Counted from the first letter of the stretch, positions 15,132-29,021 are shown. The stretch is 64,000 nucleotides of DNA from Antedon mediterranea (GCF_964355755.1 NC_092676.1:18308871-18372870); one strand, 5' to 3'. The notes: generated by a model from the letters alone, not told the origin. A program made the numbers and translations.

Positions 15132-15299
15132 GGTTACACAGTATTTTTCAGCAAGTTGTTTCTGAGATAAAAAAAATATTGTACTCTGTCTGTACAGTAT
15201 GTGAGGACTGACCTACAAAGTACAAAGGTGAATCATATTTTGCATCAAGCTCGTTAGTGTTACGCTTTTTTAGTACTGTGTTACTTTGACTGTACTCAC

Positions 15300-17400
15300 C
15301 AATTGCCTAGGGCTAGACTAGGACATGGTAGGTAATGGTAGGTAGGAGGCTATGAAAGGAATTTTTAAGTATTATTCTTCATACAAAATACAAGAAGTTT
15401 ATTTTATCGTAACCGCCGGTCAGCCTATTATATACCAGCTAAAAAGCGGCCTAAATACTATCTACTACTAGGCTAGTCCTAAGTAGGTCCTGGGCCCCTA
15501 GCTAGGCCTAAATGGCATAAGGCTATGCCTACCTTAGGCCTAGCCTAGATAGTAGGGATGCCATGCCTACCTTATTAGGCCTAGCCTAGATAGTCTAGAT
15601 AGTAGGGCGATAGCCTAGTAGGGGCTAGCTAGGCTAGTAGTCTAGGCCTAGCCTAGTAGGCCTCTAGGCTAGGCTAGGTTAGGCCCTACTAGGCCTAGCC
15701 TAGTTACTAGTAGGCCTAGAGGCTAGCTACCTAGCCTACCTAGAGCCTAGGCCTAGAAATAGACTTTTTTTAAATCAAAATGGGTCAATTTATGTATTAT
15801 TAATGTTATATATAATTATACTACTACTACCTAGACCTAGTAATAGGCTAGGGTTCTAGCCTAGTTTATTCCAGATACACTATTCCTAATTACAATAACA
15901 GTTACCTTCAAAAGCAAAAGCCTAGCCCAATAAATAGGCCCGTGTGGCATATACGGTACGTAAGTGGTGATGGTGTCGCGGTGGCTCTTCTCTTACGTCG
16001 GGGGATGGTATAGAAAAAACACAGAGGAGGAAGGAGGCCTAGGCTCTAAGAAGTGACGTCACTGCCGTTACTCATTTCAAACTATGGAACGCAAATAATG
16101 TCAGAAAAGCTAATTAATCAAACAATACGAATCATCAGCATCAAACACTCAGATGTACAAATTAGTGATAAACCATTGAGTTATATCTCCATGAGTGAAC
16201 CTGATACCACTTGGTTAAAACAGATTAAATTAGAGAATATGAGTATTGACTATAAGGAATGGTATGATAAAGCAAAATCAAAGTCATCCCTAAGTGATAG
16301 ATCATGGAGGTATACCTCCATGGATAGATTATGTAAAATATAAAGGAGAACCCGGAAGTTTGAAAAGTACAGGCTATTAGATCAACTAATTTCTTGGGTA
16401 TCAACCTTAAATTTAAAGCCCGTACACTAACTCCCTTGAACTTGAAGGAAGAAAAATTGTCGTGGTCAGCTGAATTTACTGGCATTTGTAAATTGTGCAG
16501 CGATTATAAAAAAGAAACAGTTGACCACTTTCTTTTTTAATGCGCTGGTCTTACACAAAAATAAGAGACTTAAAAAACAAACTAATTTATTGCGGACTCT
16601 ACTACTACTTGGGAAGACTTTGATAAGGGATCTCTTGTATATAATCACCACTTGTTCCTTGACAATGTAATTTTTGTACTAAACAATATTTGACCATTTC
16701 ATGGACCTATAGGAAGGAAGTTTTACAAAAACTATGTCACCTAATTACCTACCACCAAGTATATTGTTTATTGTATTTTTTTAACTATATATATATATTT
16801 CTTTTTCTTTTGTATTTGTATCATCTTGCACATGTGTAGTTTGTACTATGGCGCTTCCTCCATGTTTTATTGTTTGTAGTAGGCCTATAAGTTTTTAGTA
16901 TTTTTTTTTCTTTCGTTACTTATATGTTTTGTTTTCTTACATTATTTTGCTCATTTGTTTTATTGTTTTATTTTGGTTGCACCACTAACGACAATGTGTG
17001 CCACTGATAAAAAAAAGCGATGACCAATAAATAAATAAATAATAAATAATATGGAAGCTGAAGAAGGTGGTAAGATTTAGTTTTTACTGCTTTCTAGAAG
17101 AAAAATAATTTTGCACAGTTTGCGTGCCACATATCGAAATGTGAAAGCAGTCGTTGAAAAATGGTAACCAATGTCATCAATCAAAAAATAAAAGTTTGTT
17201 TACAACATCATAAATCAATGCTTTTCATCATTAGATAGTATTTATTTTATTATTTTTTGCCATTCTCATACTGTACATAATTGCATGTAATTTATAAAGG
17301 CTATACAATGCCCAACCAAGACTTTATTCCTAGCTAGGCCTAGCCTAGTTAGCCCTCCCAAGGCACTGTCTGGCACTGTAGACTGGAAACATGAAGCTTC
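15300..17400. promoter_or_regulatory. Divergent promoter region between SCYL2 and the kinesin gene
   Basis: Start codons at 15131 (minus) and 18035 (plus) point away from each other. Both start exons have upstream acceptors (about 15162 and 17999), implying non-coding first exons. CpG-containing patch at 15940-16070, a minus-strand donor near 15903, and TGACGTCA at 16054. Confidence 0.45.
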
Positions 17401-18034
17401 TCAGATGTTAATACACAACAAAGTCGATTCGCTAACATGAGAGTAGTCTTTAATTTTAACAGTTATAAGGCGCCCAATTGGATAATTAGTAATTTTTATC
17501 AATTTAATCTTATCTGAATCTTTTTGTTTACCAATAATAAACCAGATAGCCTAACCTTAGTAGCTTCCTGAATAATAATAAAAATTAATTATTATATTAG
17601 GCCTGGCTGGTGGGCCTATAATTTATATGATTATGAAACCCTACCCTAGATTTCCAAAATAATTATAAATATATTGAAATAATGTAATTACATAATTGTA
17701 GTATTCGATTGGGAACTTTTGTTGTCAACGTAAAGATTCGTTGAGTACTTTTTGTATTCGAATTGTAAATTTGTGCTCAACAGAAAGTCATTCGAATAGA
17801 AAACGTTGACAACGAAAGCTTTTTTGTTAAGAACAATCTCAACGCTCAAAATACTCCATTAAAGAAGTACTCAACGGAAAAACTACTCAACGGTACACTC
17901 GAATACGACAAATGTTAATTTCATGATAGGCTTAGGCCTAAGTGTATGCATAATTTGTTCTTCAGTCATTATTAAATTTATATCATTTTTATTTTGCAGT
18001 TAAATGAAGCTTTTGCATAACAATACATTCAACA

Positions 18035-21000
18035 ATGGCTGAAATTAAGACATATTGCCGTGTAAAGCCTACAAACAAGATATCCAGATTCTACAATTGG
18101 GAAAATGACAAGGTCATGATTGGGGTGCGCTCAAGTGGAGCAAGTCAGGGAGATGGTGACTTAATCATGCATGACACACAGTTTTCACATGTGTTTGGTC
18201 CGACAGTTACCCAGTCTGAAATATTTGACGTCGTTGCTTCAAATATTATTGAAGGTTTAATTTTATATAAATCTAATAATATAAAAAATATTTTGGATGA
18301 GGCTAACTGTCAAAGTTTTCAATTATAGGCATGGTCGACTGAGAGTGCCAATTTTTCTGTCCACATGGTCAACATTGATGTGGGGCTATCGGCATTGTTG
18401 ACTGTGCATCAAGTTTATTGTTTCCTTTATGGCATGGTTAACCAGATGTCATACATTCGTTGCTTTCAGAAGGGTCACCTTTATTATATCTTCTCTTTAG
18501 GTTGTTTAGCTGGCTACAATGGCACCATATTTGCATATGGTCAGACAGGCTCAGGCAAGACCTACACTATTGAAGGCAGCTCAAAATGCTATGCTGATAG
18601 AGGAATGGCACCACGGTAGGGATATGAAGAAACCAACCATCTTAAACTAGACTTTTATCACCCTCTTGCTCTTAATTTCAATGTGATTTCACTATTAATG
18701 GAAGCACTCATTTGACAGATTGCACAATTCCAACAACCAGGTTGTATCATTGCACTGCAGTATCATTGCAACTGGCCATGTTTACATCCCGAGAAGGCTC
18801 ACATCATCTGCAGTATTCTGGATTTATAAAGGACGTAATGTTGTGAAACCGCTAAACGCTGTACAAATTATTACCCTGGTCATACACCCATAATGTATCT
18901 ATTAATCGCAAAGTTGTATCTTAACCTCATCCGGTTCCCATTTGTACACCAAGTGTCTTGCCCAAGAACAAACGCACTGCAACAAGCGTTAGATTCAAAC
19001 CTAGTAGTAATAGACCTTACGACCAGTAGTCCAACATCCAACAACTTGCGCCGCACGCACTCAGATATACTGTAGTAGTATATGCCTAACCAGTTCATTG
19101 TTGCTTTTTTTAAGGGCACTATCTGCTGTTTACCAATGCATAGACAAAATGAAACACTTGGACTTTACTGTTCATGTCTCCTACTTGGAGATTTATCAAG
19201 AAACTGGCTATGACCTTTTGAACCCAACTGCAAGAATGCCAGGAGTTGTAGCACACCTTCCAAAGGTATTCTACAATTAATGTTTCTCTGTTTGATAATG
19301 TCAACAATTTCCAAGTTAAACTAATTTCTTGTATATCAACAGACTACTGTAAAACAAGAAACTTTTAAACAAATTAAGCTTTCGCGAATTTTTTCACGAG
19401 TGATTGAAATTCGTAAAAGTTCCATGCCGTGAATAACTTTCAGAACGTACATTAGGCCTTGTTACAGTATTTACTTTATTTTTCAAATTTCCGAAAGTTT
19501 CATGTCACAAAAGTTTCTAGTTTTACAGTGTGCCTTGATTTCAAGAAAATTGATGATACATTGGTGGCAACACAAACCCAAGGCTGATATATTAAAAAGC
19601 ACATTCGCTTTGATCTATTTATATATACCAAGTATCTCAGTTTCAGGTTTATTTGATATGCTAATAATACTAATTTAAGTCATTTTAACCATGCATTGTG
19701 ATACATACTGTTATACAAATAATGTATAGTGTTTACCGTAAAATAATAATTTAGTTGCTTCTAAATTTTAAAATTTAGAGTGAATGAGTGGCCGAGCGGT
19801 TAAGACAGTGGAACCATAATTACGTAGCCATAACATCGGCAGGGGTTCGAGGCTCACTCACTCCATGGTTCTGGTGGTAGAACGAGTCTTCTCGGATAAG
19901 GACTATAAATCGTAGGTCCAGTGTACACAAATAGCTCGTGTGCACTTTAAAGAACCTAGTACATCTTTCAAGACGAGTAGGGGGTTACCCCGGTGTATTA
20001 GTACATCACAGCCACTGATCACCAACTGGGCCCTCTGGGAGACCAGTCTTTGACTGAAGAGGTTACCCAGTATAAATGTTTATTTCAATTAAATTATTCA
20101 TGTGAATTAATATCAAACAGTTTAACATTCTTATTTTGTTGCCAGGTGTCAGTCCGAGATGGTCCAGGAAAAACCTGCATCATTCGTAACCTTTCAACCC
20201 ATCTAGCTGCAGACGAGAATATTGCTCAGAATTTATTACACCAGGGGAGACTGAGTCGTCGTGTGGCAGAAACACCAATGAATCAACGCTCCTCACGGTC
20301 TCACGCTATTTTCACAATATACGTGACAGCACATGATAAGAAATCTGACATTATTCGAAAGTAAGCACTCCGTTTACAAGTAATACACTTTGTATGTTAA
20401 TAATATCATTAATAATCAATTACCAGTCAGATTGGTGTTCACAATAATAATGGTTTATAATTATGTTCCTGTTGACTGGTTGTATGAGAAATTCCCTGTG
20501 TGTTGATTGCTGTACAGTAGATTGTCATACTTAAACAATTACTGTAAATGTGACACAGAATACTGCACTATGGGCCAGGCTTAGTTATTTCCCCCGGTAT
20601 TTAAACCGTATGTCCAGTATACTGAGTTTGTCTGTGTGAACTTTAAAAGAACCCATTTCATCATTTGAGATGAGTATGGGTTATCCCAGTGAACTGGTTT
20701 ACAAAATAGCTGTTTAGGGGGGTTAACACCTATCTGATAGGACAGTGATTAATTTACTTGGTGCCTAATACATAAAATTAAATTTGATTTAATATTAGGT
20801 CAAAGCTTCACCTTGTGGATCTAGCTGGATCTGAACGTGCTGCAAAGTCATCCATCAAAGGTAACCAGCTTGCCGAAGTGAAATCAATCAACTTATCATT
20901 ACATCACCTTGAGGGCGTGATTATAGCGTTGCAGAAAACAGTACAAAGTGAACGAAAGGAACGAAGACAGAGAAGCAAAAGTGCAGGGCCTTTCCGCCAA

Positions 21001-24000
21001 AAAAGGTGAATACAGAATGAAAACCTCAAAATTATAATCAGGCAAAATAACTGATTATTAAAGCAATAAACTACCAACTATGAACATCCTAAGTTACTGT
21101 ATATAAATTAAGGTTCAATGTTTTACATGTATGTTTATTAATACCAAATCAATACAGTAAAATAATAATAATTAGGGAGTTTTTGCACAAGCACATAAAC
21201 GTGAACTTCAACAGATGACGTCAATATCGTACTCATTTGCATAACAGTTCAGCAAACATTTGCGTTAACACAGACGTATAGATTGCAAAACATGTCGCGC
21301 ACGCAACATACGCATCTTGCATTAAAACAAATCATGGAATGACTTCGCCTAAAGACTTAACCTAGCTAAGCATTTTAAAATTCAAATTCAAATTCAAAAA
21401 ACTTTATTGTCAAACTCATGAATGGCTTTAAACTTTGGCTGAAAGTACTCGCATTAAAATTGTCTAAAAACATTGTTGCACAAACAGTAAAAAAGAATAA
21501 AATCACATAAAACTGAGAACAAGATGTCATATTATACAGATATTGACTGCTTAGAGGTTAAATATAAGATTTGACATCCCCGAGGGAATGATATTAAGTT
21601 CGAGGGAATATATATTTCCCGAAGCGCCAGCTGAGGGAAATATATATTCCCCGAGAACTTAATATCATTCCCGAGGGGATGTCAAATCTTATATTTAACC
21701 GATATAAAAGGCAATATCTGTTATATTATATAGCCAAGAACAAGTCTGCTGGGTTGGGTGAAGCTAGGCTAGGCCTCCTATAGTATTTGTATTGTATTTA
21801 AAACAAGCCTGCCTAGACACCTTACCTTGCGAAGAATAATATACAGATAATTACTAATTGATGATTCCTTGGCAATAAAATATTCACTTAGGCCTAGGTC
21901 GTTTAAATTAACAGAAGAATTTCCATCAATAAGCCTATTAATAATAATATTATAATCAGGTAGGCCGAATAAACAATTCGTCTTCTCTCGATCTTCGAGG
22001 AGCCGAATCACCGGATGTTCAGCGCGTACTAGTTACTAGGTTACTACCGTGAGTATTGACCAATCACAAACGGTGTTTCATCACATTTAGGGTGGACTTA
22101 TAACAAATGAGGGCGCTATGTATGCATAGCTTAAATAGTTTAGAAGATTAATTTCTTCAAGCAAATTCCGTGGCCCAGCGGATGAAGCGTTGCCTTGCGA
22201 TGGAGTGACAATTCCACCCGAGTTCAAGATCGAGTAGATGACTTTTGTTTATTTATCGGCAAACTCGAGTGTTGCACACGAAAATTACACAGTCAATATC
22301 ATCGTACTCGAGAATTTATATGATTAATGACAGGGGACACGATTATTACGCGAAAATTACACAGTCAATATCATCGTTCTCGAGGATATATACGATTTAC
22401 GATCCTCGCAGCGGTAGTCATGTGATGCAGTTTCAACCAATCACGTTCGCGTATTTACATAGGCTATGTAATATAAAAAGTTAAAAGAGGGCACAAAAAT
22501 ACAAATCTGCTTTGATTGCGATGCACAATTATTTGGCTTAATTAAAAACATTGCTTTAAACTTGTGAATACTGTATAGTTATCAGTTTTTATCAGTTTTT
22601 TTTTGTAGATTTTCATTGTCTGTTGTTTTTGCAGAATCAACAGTGCAAGTAGTACACGATCACTTCCTTATGGCAGACGAAGTACAGGAGAAATGACAAA
22701 TCATAGACATATACCATACAGGAACTCCTTACTGACAATGATTCTTAAAGATAGTCTGGGTAAATATTAACATAGTATAGGAGTTCGTTTAAGGTTTACA
22801 TGGCGAAATCAATATGTTGATATAAAGTATAGAATTGCTCAAGATACTTTATTCTATTTCATTGATTTATCTCTCAAGCTCTGTCCACACTATCAAACTT
22901 TATGTGACAAAAAAATGTGTTGTGCCTATTTATGGACACGATGATGTCATATTACTACCATATTTGGGCACATCACACTTATTCTGTCACATATAGTTTG
23001 ATAGTGTCAGGATGATCCTGAAAACATAAAAACAGTACAACAAAACATTAAAAGATAGATATACACTTTTAAAATTGTGTAAAAATAACTACTAGTGTTC
23101 ATGATGATAGAATTGATTGATTTTGGTAAAATTTGATATCTTACTACAGTAGTATGTCCCCAGAGAACCATTAAAAACATTTATACTGTTTCCAGATGTG
23201 TTTACTCCTATTAATTAAACATACTGTACTCATAGACTGGTTAAAAAATTCAAAATTGTTGTCAAACATGTGAAATATTTGGTTGGACGCAAACAAACTC
23301 ACAACCTGCACATTGTATACACCAACTTCATCTGTTTAACATATCTTGTTTTCAATACTATTATGCTATACTATTTGTAGGGGGAAACTGTTTGACAGCA
23401 ATGGTAGCTACTCTTTCTGTAGAAGACATCAACTTTGGTGAAAGCTTGTCAACTTGTAGATTTTCACAACGTGTTGCTTGTATTAAAAACCATGCAAGGT
23501 ATGGGAAATTGTTACATTTTTTTTCTGATTCTGATATCTGCGTTGAAAAATTGACTGCTCTATTTTAACAATAACAAATAGAGCAGTATATTTTTTATCG
23601 AATTTCGGTTATAAGTATTTTCTTTTTATTCCAGTCGTAATGAAGAATTGGATGATAAGACGATAATTAGGAGGTTAAGAATGAGAATTCTTGAACTTGA
23701 GAAAGAAATTAACAATTTAAAAAGAGGGATAGAAAGTACACAACATCATATAACTGAGGTAGGACTATGACAAGCAATGGAAATACAATATCAATTTAGA
23801 TTCAAAAAGAAAGTAATAATATTATTCGTTGTTTAATATAGCGCTTTATTGCATGATAATTTGCATTAATTACTTATTTTTTAACACGTATGGAAACATA
23901 CTCCCATAATGCAGCTAATAATCAACGCAATGTTATGTCTGAATCTAACCGTGTACCCATTTATACACCTGGGTGGAGAGAGGGAAACGCAATTCAAGTG

Positions 24001-27000
24001 TCTTGCCTAAGGATACAAGCAATGCGACGAGAGATGGAATCGCACGATCATTAATCCAACATCCAACACATTGCACCACACGCCCTTACAAATAATAGAC
24101 CATAGGTTGAATTTAGTTTCTTTTATTATTATTTTATGATATACAATATTATTTTATGCAGCCGTAACACAATAGACATTGTGTTCATTCGTGCATACAA
24201 TGACCCCAAAATATTGTCCTAAGAGGATTGTCCACTTTATGTAGCTGCTCAAATAAAACCAATGTAACTCTGTTTATATTTGACATTTTACAATTTAAAT
24301 TCTCAGGATATTAACAATAGAAACAGTAACTATTCAGAGTGCAAAAAAAAACAGGTGATTTCCCAGAATGCTGTGAGTCTAGCTGACCCTGCTGATGTAC
24401 TGGTAACCGATCCTGTTGTTAGTCAAGAAACCAGAAAGTTGTGCATCGGTGTTATGCATGGATTCATCGGGGGAAAGATCAAAGACCCAGTATCATCTGG
24501 TAAAGTTTTTCTAACATTTCACTGATGATAATGCATTATTAAATTATTTAATCTCAGATTTTTGCAAGTTTGTTTGTTATTTATATGTAGGTAACCTCTT
24601 CAGCCAAAGACTGGTCTCCCAGAGGGCCCAGATATTATCAGTGGCTGTATTAATGCACTATTTCAATATTTCCAACTATATTGATAGTAAGAATAATGAA
24701 TAATTTTTTCATGGTACAGGAATAAAAAATGTGACTCAGTTTAGAGTTTGTCTCAAACTTCTTCGAGAAATGTTGATGAGGTCATATGGTGTAGGTCACA
24801 GGTCAAAGAGTAAACAAGAGGTTCAAAAACATCCAAATTCCAAATCAGTTAAAAGCTCTGAAATAAGGTATTCTTTAATTATAATATCGTTTCTATATTT
24901 TCTAGAGTAGTACCATATTGCATTGATACTTATTTTTAGTTTTATTATGTTGAACCACAAAAAAAAAGTTTAACCAAGGAAAGGAAAATTGAATGTATTT
25001 AACCTAGGCAATCTAACAACAGGACACTGAGCTTGCCTTACCAAGATAGGAACTCGTAACAGTCTTTTGATCTTATGTCTGGCTGCGACAAATACCAAAT
25101 TACTGTACTATGCACATATTCTCTGCAGCGTGTTGTCTGCTAAAGAGCATGGAACTGATCGTGTCGCAGCCACAGATATACCCTTTGATCTCCGGAGCTC
25201 AGCAAACTCAAGAGTTTGCCAACAAGAGGTTGCTAGTCTAAACTAGGGTATGATGTAAATTTGTGAGTTATAATTGCAATAACTTTGACATTCACTCTTA
25301 TTTCAACGATTACTTTATTTTATATATTTCTTTTCAGGTCATCAATGTCTCCTAATTTGCAGGATAAAAAGGAGCGCTATGTATCCCCGTTTGAAAAGAA
25401 GCGAGAAAATGCAATACAAAAAGTTGGCGCACGAGTAGATCGCAGACAAACTGATCAGAAACTGCAGCAGAAGAACCTTATAGAATATCAAACAAATATT
25501 CGTGAACAACAACTTATGTTGCTGAAAAAAGAAATAAAGTATGATTTATTTTGTAGTAACTATAGGGATATTGTGGTAGAAAATTATACATTTACATTGA
25601 TTGTTTGATGTTTGATTGATTCAGAGAAGAGTGAGATTGACACTATTTATATCGCAAAATTTGTTTTAGAAAAAAAAACCTGTGGTAACACTGGTAACAT
25701 TAAAAGAAAAAAGTAATCATTTTCTCCAATAGCGATAGATATAAGATGAATAAAACACAGTCAGTTCCTTTATATTTGAAAAAAAAACAGTATAAACATT
25801 TCACAAATGATGTGCCCAAAAATGGTAGTGATATGAAATCATCATGTCCAATCACATTTTTTTGTCACATAAAGTCACACTTTATGTAAAAAAAAATGTG
25901 ATGTGCCCATATATGGACACGATGATGTCATATCACTACCATATTTAGACACATCACACTTTTTTGTCAAACTAGTTTGATAGTGTAGACAGAGCTTTAG
26001 ATGGTTTAAACAAGCATGTCAACCACCAAACTATGTGTCTGTATTTTAACAATACTTTATTTTGCTTTTTTTAACAGTGGGAAAGTTTTAAAGTTGAGGT
26101 CTAAAATCGGCAGGCAGCACACATTACTACACAATCTTAAGCAAGGTTTAGGTGATGATGACAAAGAGATTGAATTTGAGGAAATAGCATTAAAACAGCT
26201 GATAAAGCGAAGGGTAATCAAAGTGTGAATTTCAATCACTTAAGCTCTGTTTTACAAAAACAGTATATGGTAGTGATTTGATATCATCATGTCCATTTTG
26301 GTGCACATCACATAAAGTTTGATAATGTAGACAGAGTTTAACATTACTCTGTTTTAATGTTGCATACCACAAATTGTCATTTTTATTTGTTATTGCGTAT
26401 GATGTTGCTCATAATAATACATATATTGAACTTTGACAGTTAGGAAAATAGGCCATTTCAAAAACATATTTTGGCACACATGGGGTGTCATACCTATACT
26501 TAAACCGCATTCTAGTTGTGGAAAAAATCTTAAAGGAAAAATAACAACATAAAAAAAAACTGCAAACTTGTGGCATGTCTGCCTATTTTGTCTACTGTAA
26601 AGTCTTATAGTACAAATAGTTTTTAGAAAGGAAAATTGATTTTACATTTTTTTTATAGACGCAATATGAAAGCAGACTTCAAGTTGTGAGTGAACAATTG
26701 AAAATCATTAATCAACATAACAAGCTTCAAAACAAAGTTGAAAATAGTAGCGTCAAGATGACCAAAAAAGTGGCAGAAGAATCCGGTAAAGAACCATTTA
26801 TCAGTCCACATATTAAGGAAGATCGAAAGGAAGTGGAATTAGACATTACTGACTCCTCTAAAGAACGAGCGACTAAACATGTTCGTGGAGGCAGTGGAAA
26901 GGTCAATACACGGAAAGTACTGGAGATCCTTAAAACAGAGGAAAAGAAGCAAGAAAAGGTATAGTACTGGTATTTTAGTATCATCTCTTATATGGTAATT

Positions 27001-28741
27001 CTTATAAAACCTGTTGTGATTGTCACAACCAAATTTTAGGTTCGAAATTGATTTCAGTTACCAATAGATTTATGAGTTCTTTTTCTGATAACTGGTGGAA
27101 TTGAGGATTTTGTGGGGCTCAGGCCCTAAAAATTGTAGAATAAAGTGTTGAACCATGTCCTTTTGCAATGTATCTTGAATCGACCTATACTGATGTACAA
27201 CAAGACATCATTACATGTCGTGAATTAAATGTGGCTTAATGGTTATACTGTATTTATACTGTAACTTACAGTAACAGTTATACAATGTATTATATTATGT
27301 ATATTTTCTTACAGATTCAATCAGTTTTGGATGATGTTCGCTTTGAAACAGTAAACAGCCATCTTGCTCTTAAGGAACAATCAACAAGACAAAAACTAAG
27401 AGAATTAAAAGAAAAGTTACAACAATCAAAAGAAAAAAACAATAAAGCAGATCATTTTGATTCTACAAGCATTCAAATGATGCCAGGCACTGGTGGTGCT
27501 TCTAATATAAATGTTAAGGAAGTGATCAACAATACTACTAATGACAATATATTATCTTCCTCTGTCAATAATGCATATGAAGCACCAAACCTCTATAAAT
27601 ATCCGCCAGAAAGTGCAGAGAACAAAACATTTCAAAAAGCTAGCTTCCAGGAATCTGTCTTCCAAGGATCTGTCTTCCAAGATGTCAAAGAAACTCTAAA
27701 TACCTCTTCTGGTTCTGTCACCAGCAATTTCTCTAAGAATGACGGTGCTCAAAACATTACAATAACTTCTCCAGATATGTCTTCCAGGATGTCATTCGAC
27801 TCTGCATTAGATTCCATGTTGAAAGATATCTCCATTGAAAGATGCAGTACACCAGATGCCATGATTACAACTGCTGTCAAGAACTCTGAGTCACCAGATT
27901 TAGAAAGTCACATATTTCATTCTTCCAAGGTAAATGGCTTCCTGAGATTGCCACACAAGACTGCTCAAGGATCTTATCGATCTTTACCCGCAAAGACAGA
28001 AGACTTCAGTGAACTTCAACAGAAACTATCAAAGTATTTAGGGCAGTCTTCCACTCACAAGATAAGACCAGCTATGATGAATATAACAGGTAAGACATGT
28101 AATAATCATTGATTCAAGTTTGTTTCTTTTTCTTATACAAGTATTCATTTTTGGTGTTGGTTTTTTTATCAGGTGTAAAACATGGCAGTGTTTATTCAAC
28201 AACCAGCATACCATCTTTTCAATCGACTGAATTCCTAACATCTTCAATGCAATCTAACATAGGTCGTCAAGGTATGGATAGCTCTATCCAAGGTTCCACA
28301 ACAACACTGACTTCTTTAGCTTCTTTTTCTTCTGACAAAGAAAGTCTTTATGATAGAGGGAGTTTCCTATCTGACAAAATAAATCCATCGTCACCAGAAA
28401 GTTTTGTATCGAGAAAGAGTTTGTCATTTGATAAGAAGAGTTCGCCACTTGACAGTCAGGATATTTTTAGCACATCATTTCCGTCATCTAGACCTGAAAA
28501 CCTTTTAATAAGGAATGAAAATTCATTTGACCTGCAGTCAGACTATTTTGACTCCTCTAAACCAACTAAGTCTCTTTCTAAACCTTCAGAGGTGACCGAC
28601 AGAGAAAGAGAAGCCTGTTTTATAAAAGCGGCAAAGGAAAATAGATTACGAGTGAATAAGATTCGGCAAGCTCAGAGATCTGCTGCAGTCATCCAGAAAG
28701 CATGGAAGAATTACCGTAATAAAAAATTGACAATGTATTGA
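18035..28741 (+). CDS. Kinesin-9 family (KIF6/KIF9-like) motor protein, 15 coding exons, about 1198 aa
   Basis: Exons: 18035-18254, 18501-18615, 19115-19265, 20146-20360, 20799-21005, 22635-22759, 23381-23498, 23635-23758, 24307-24499, 24720-24867, 25338-25538, 26078-26213, 26659-26958, 27315-28089, 28173-28741; 3597 nt in frame. Motifs: [17 protein letters not shown] (P-loop), [28 protein letters not shown] (switch I), LVDLAGSER (switch II), [51 protein letters not shown]. These are most KIF6-like, but orthology is not established. Confidence 0.9.
18720..19065 (-). mobile_element. Degenerate tRNA-derived SINE
   Basis: Minus strand reads GGTTTGAATC (B-box-like) ... GTTCTTGGGCAAGACACTT ... 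GTGTACAAATGGGAACC, a common invertebrate SINE body. Boundaries are approximate. Confidence 0.55.
19778..20080 (+). mobile_element. tRNA-derived SINE
   Basis: A box TGGCCGAGCGG and B box GGTTCGAGGC in a tRNA-like head. The 3' part (GGGCCCTCTGGGAGACCAGTCTTTGACTGAAGAGGTTACC) recurs inverted at 24590-24630, and a body fragment recurs near 20635-20690. Confidence 0.8.
21537..22475. mobile_element. Non-autonomous element with a long terminal palindrome in kinesin intron 5
   Basis: Near-perfect hairpin of about 180 bp at 21537-21720, centred on TTCCCGAAGCGCCAGCTGAGGGAA. A further inverted pair TTATATTATATAGCC (21721) / GGCTATGTAATATAA (22461-22475), and an internal 35 bp direct repeat at 22278/22351. 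Class unknown. Confidence 0.6.
22878..23010. mobile_element. About 130 bp MITE family, TIR AGCTCTGTCTACACTATCAAACT (copy 1 of at least 8)
   Basis: Other full or partial copies at about 25800-25997, 26242-26340, 32955-33115, 34765-34882, 50278-50400, 53010-53130 and 58563-58676. All share the core GATGTCATATCACTACCATATTTGGGCACATCAC. Confidence 0.8.
23830..24090 (-). mobile_element. Degenerate SINE
   Basis: Minus strand reads CCTTAGGCAAGACACTT ... CTCTCCACCCAGGTGTATAAATGGGTAC ... AAAGCGCTATAT; related to the 18.7-19.1 kb copy. Confidence 0.6.
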
Positions 28742-28956
28742 AGTACTGTAGCTTATAAGAGAGTCCCACTTGAGAATTACTTTATACTCAATATTATGTC
28801 AGAGTAGGGCAAACATCTGACAAATTACTCCTCGACGCAAAGCTACTCCACAGTAGTTAAAATCACAATCCTGTTGGTGAAGTACCCCCGATGATGTTAG
28901 GAGAATATAATATCTCCTGCTTACTTGGGATTGATCTAACCCTAGCGGTCAGTGCA

Positions 28957-29021
28957 AGCTTGTTGGTCTAGAGGAATGATTGCTAGTGATCTGGAAGTCG
29001 TGGGTTCAAGTCCCACCCGAG
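28957..29021 (+). pseudogene. tRNA-Pro-like relic or SINE head
   Basis: GCTTGTTGGTCTAGAGGAATGATT resembles the tRNA-Pro 5' half and GGGTTCAAGTCCC forms a T arm; the anticodon arm is disrupted. Confidence 0.45.

Noticed and set aside
16053-17050. Possible decayed retroelement ending in (TAAA)n between the two promoters
   Set aside because: Only fragmentary ORFs with no diagnostic motif that I can support.
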